A stretch of 64,000 nt of DNA from an uncultured Spirochaetaceae bacterium (GTDB lineage: Bacteria; Spirochaetota; Spirochaetia; SZUA-6; DRHE01): positions 218 to 64,217 of the forward strand of contig CAZPPB010000005.1 in NCBI GenBank assembly GCA_964588355.1. The letters are read 5' to 3'. Below, one piece after another: positions 63,244 to 64,000 of this stretch. Made by a program: the position numbers and the translations under genes. Below the pieces are notes generated by a model. The model was given only the letters and a program-made list of their open reading frames with translations, made no database searches and was not told where the DNA came from. Position 1 is the stretch's first letter, and every line of letters starts with the position of its first letter.

Positions 63244-64000
63244 ATGCATTTCGCCCCGCTTCTGCGAACCATAGCCGTCCTGCTCATCATCGTCTGCGCC
63301 TTCATGCTCTTTCCGATTGCCTTCGCCCTGTACTATGGCGAGATGGAGACCATACCCTTCTTCTTCTACCCCATGGCTATGGTTGTGCTGGCCGCGACGA
63401 TCGTACTGCTGCTAACCCGGAGGGTCACAGTCAACCTCTCCCACCGCGACGGGTTTCTCCTGGTCACCTTCAGCTGGATCTTCTCCGCTCTGGTCGGCTG
63501 CCTGCCCCTGTACCTTTCCGGTTCCATTCCCCGCTTTGCAGACGCCTACTTCGAAACCATGTCGGGGTTCACAACCACCGGAGCCTCGATCCTCACCGAG
63601 ATCGAGGGCCTTCCCAAGTCCATGCTTTTCTGGCGCTCCCTGACCCATTGGCTGGGAGGGATGGGCATCGTGGTGCTGACGATCGCCATCCTTCCCCTGC
63701 TGGGAATCGGCGCCTACCAGATGATGAAGGCCGAAGCTCCGGGGCCCAGCCTGGACAAGATCACACCCAAGATCACCGAGACGGCCAGGATCCTCTGGGT
63801 CATCTACCTGGGGCTGACCGTGGCCGAGACCGCGCTGCTGATGGTCGGTGGGATGAGCCTCTTCGACGCCCTCACCCACACCTTCGGCACCCTGGCTACC
63901 GGCGGATTCTCGCCCAAGAACCGCAGCGTTGGATACTTCGACTCGGGATTCATCCATATAGTGGTGACCGTCTTTATGCTGCTGGCGGGGATGAACTTCA
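63244..64000 (+). CDS. trkH: Trk potassium uptake membrane subunit, 3' end runs off the window (absent from the ORF track)
   Basis: Manual translation from ATG 63244 includes FETMSGFTTTGAS, FWRSLTHWLGGMG and TLATGGFS. Confidence 0.93.
   Translation, partial: MHFAPLLRTIAVLLIIVCAFMLFPIAFALYYGEMETIPFFFYPMAMVVLAATIVLLLTRRVTVNLSHRDGFLLVTFSWIFSALVGCLPLYLSGSIPRFADAYFETMSGFTTTGASILTEIEGLPKSMLFWRSLTHWLGGMGIVVLTIAILPLLGIGAYQMMKAEAPGPSLDKITPKITETARILWVIYLGLTVAETALLMVGGMSLFDALTHTFGTLATGGFSPKNRSVGYFDSGFIHIVVTVFMLLAGMNF

Overview
A 64-kb, GC-rich bacterial chromosome segment, most likely from a member of Spirochaetota. Support for that: the gene order rpmG-tRNA-Trp-secE-nusG-rplKAJL-rpoBC-rpsLG, the RpoB RRLNALG motif, a LoaP paralog and a BMP-type ABC system. 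No CRISPR array, transposase, integrase, phage gene or rRNA was seen. 1-14.2 kb (minus strand): the transcription/translation core, from tRNA-Thr to a window-truncated fusA. 15.4-30.2 kb: a tightly packed minus-strand run of loaP, a CapD/PglF-like dehydratase, a DegT aminotransferase, a xanthine-dehydrogenase-like trio whose Mo-subunit motifs look degenerate, dnaE, hom, yggT, recG and rsmD. 30.3-43.3 kb: a SPOR protein with a degenerate RlpA-like N-terminus, ligA, a BMP ABC transporter, several metabolic genes and an isochorismatase-like remnant. 43.3-50.9 kb: a MoxR/DUF58 membrane locus with duplicated membrane genes and an RDD-SpoIIM fusion. 51-64 kb: an AI-2E transporter, a small repeat protein, the sigma54 module, tatD and trkAH. 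The best candidate for an undescribed system is 52.4-60.9 kb. A multi-TM sensor kinase with a NIDO-like extracellular domain and an NtrC-type activator (GSFTHA in place of GAFTGA) are flanked by two consensus sigma54 promoters, each with a similar CAA-N4-GGTTGC upstream site at about -110. One promoter points into a GT4 / GT28-like / orphan TRAP-DctP operon, the other into a tiny membrane-peptide ORF. All family assignments come from motif recognition by eye; no searches were run.
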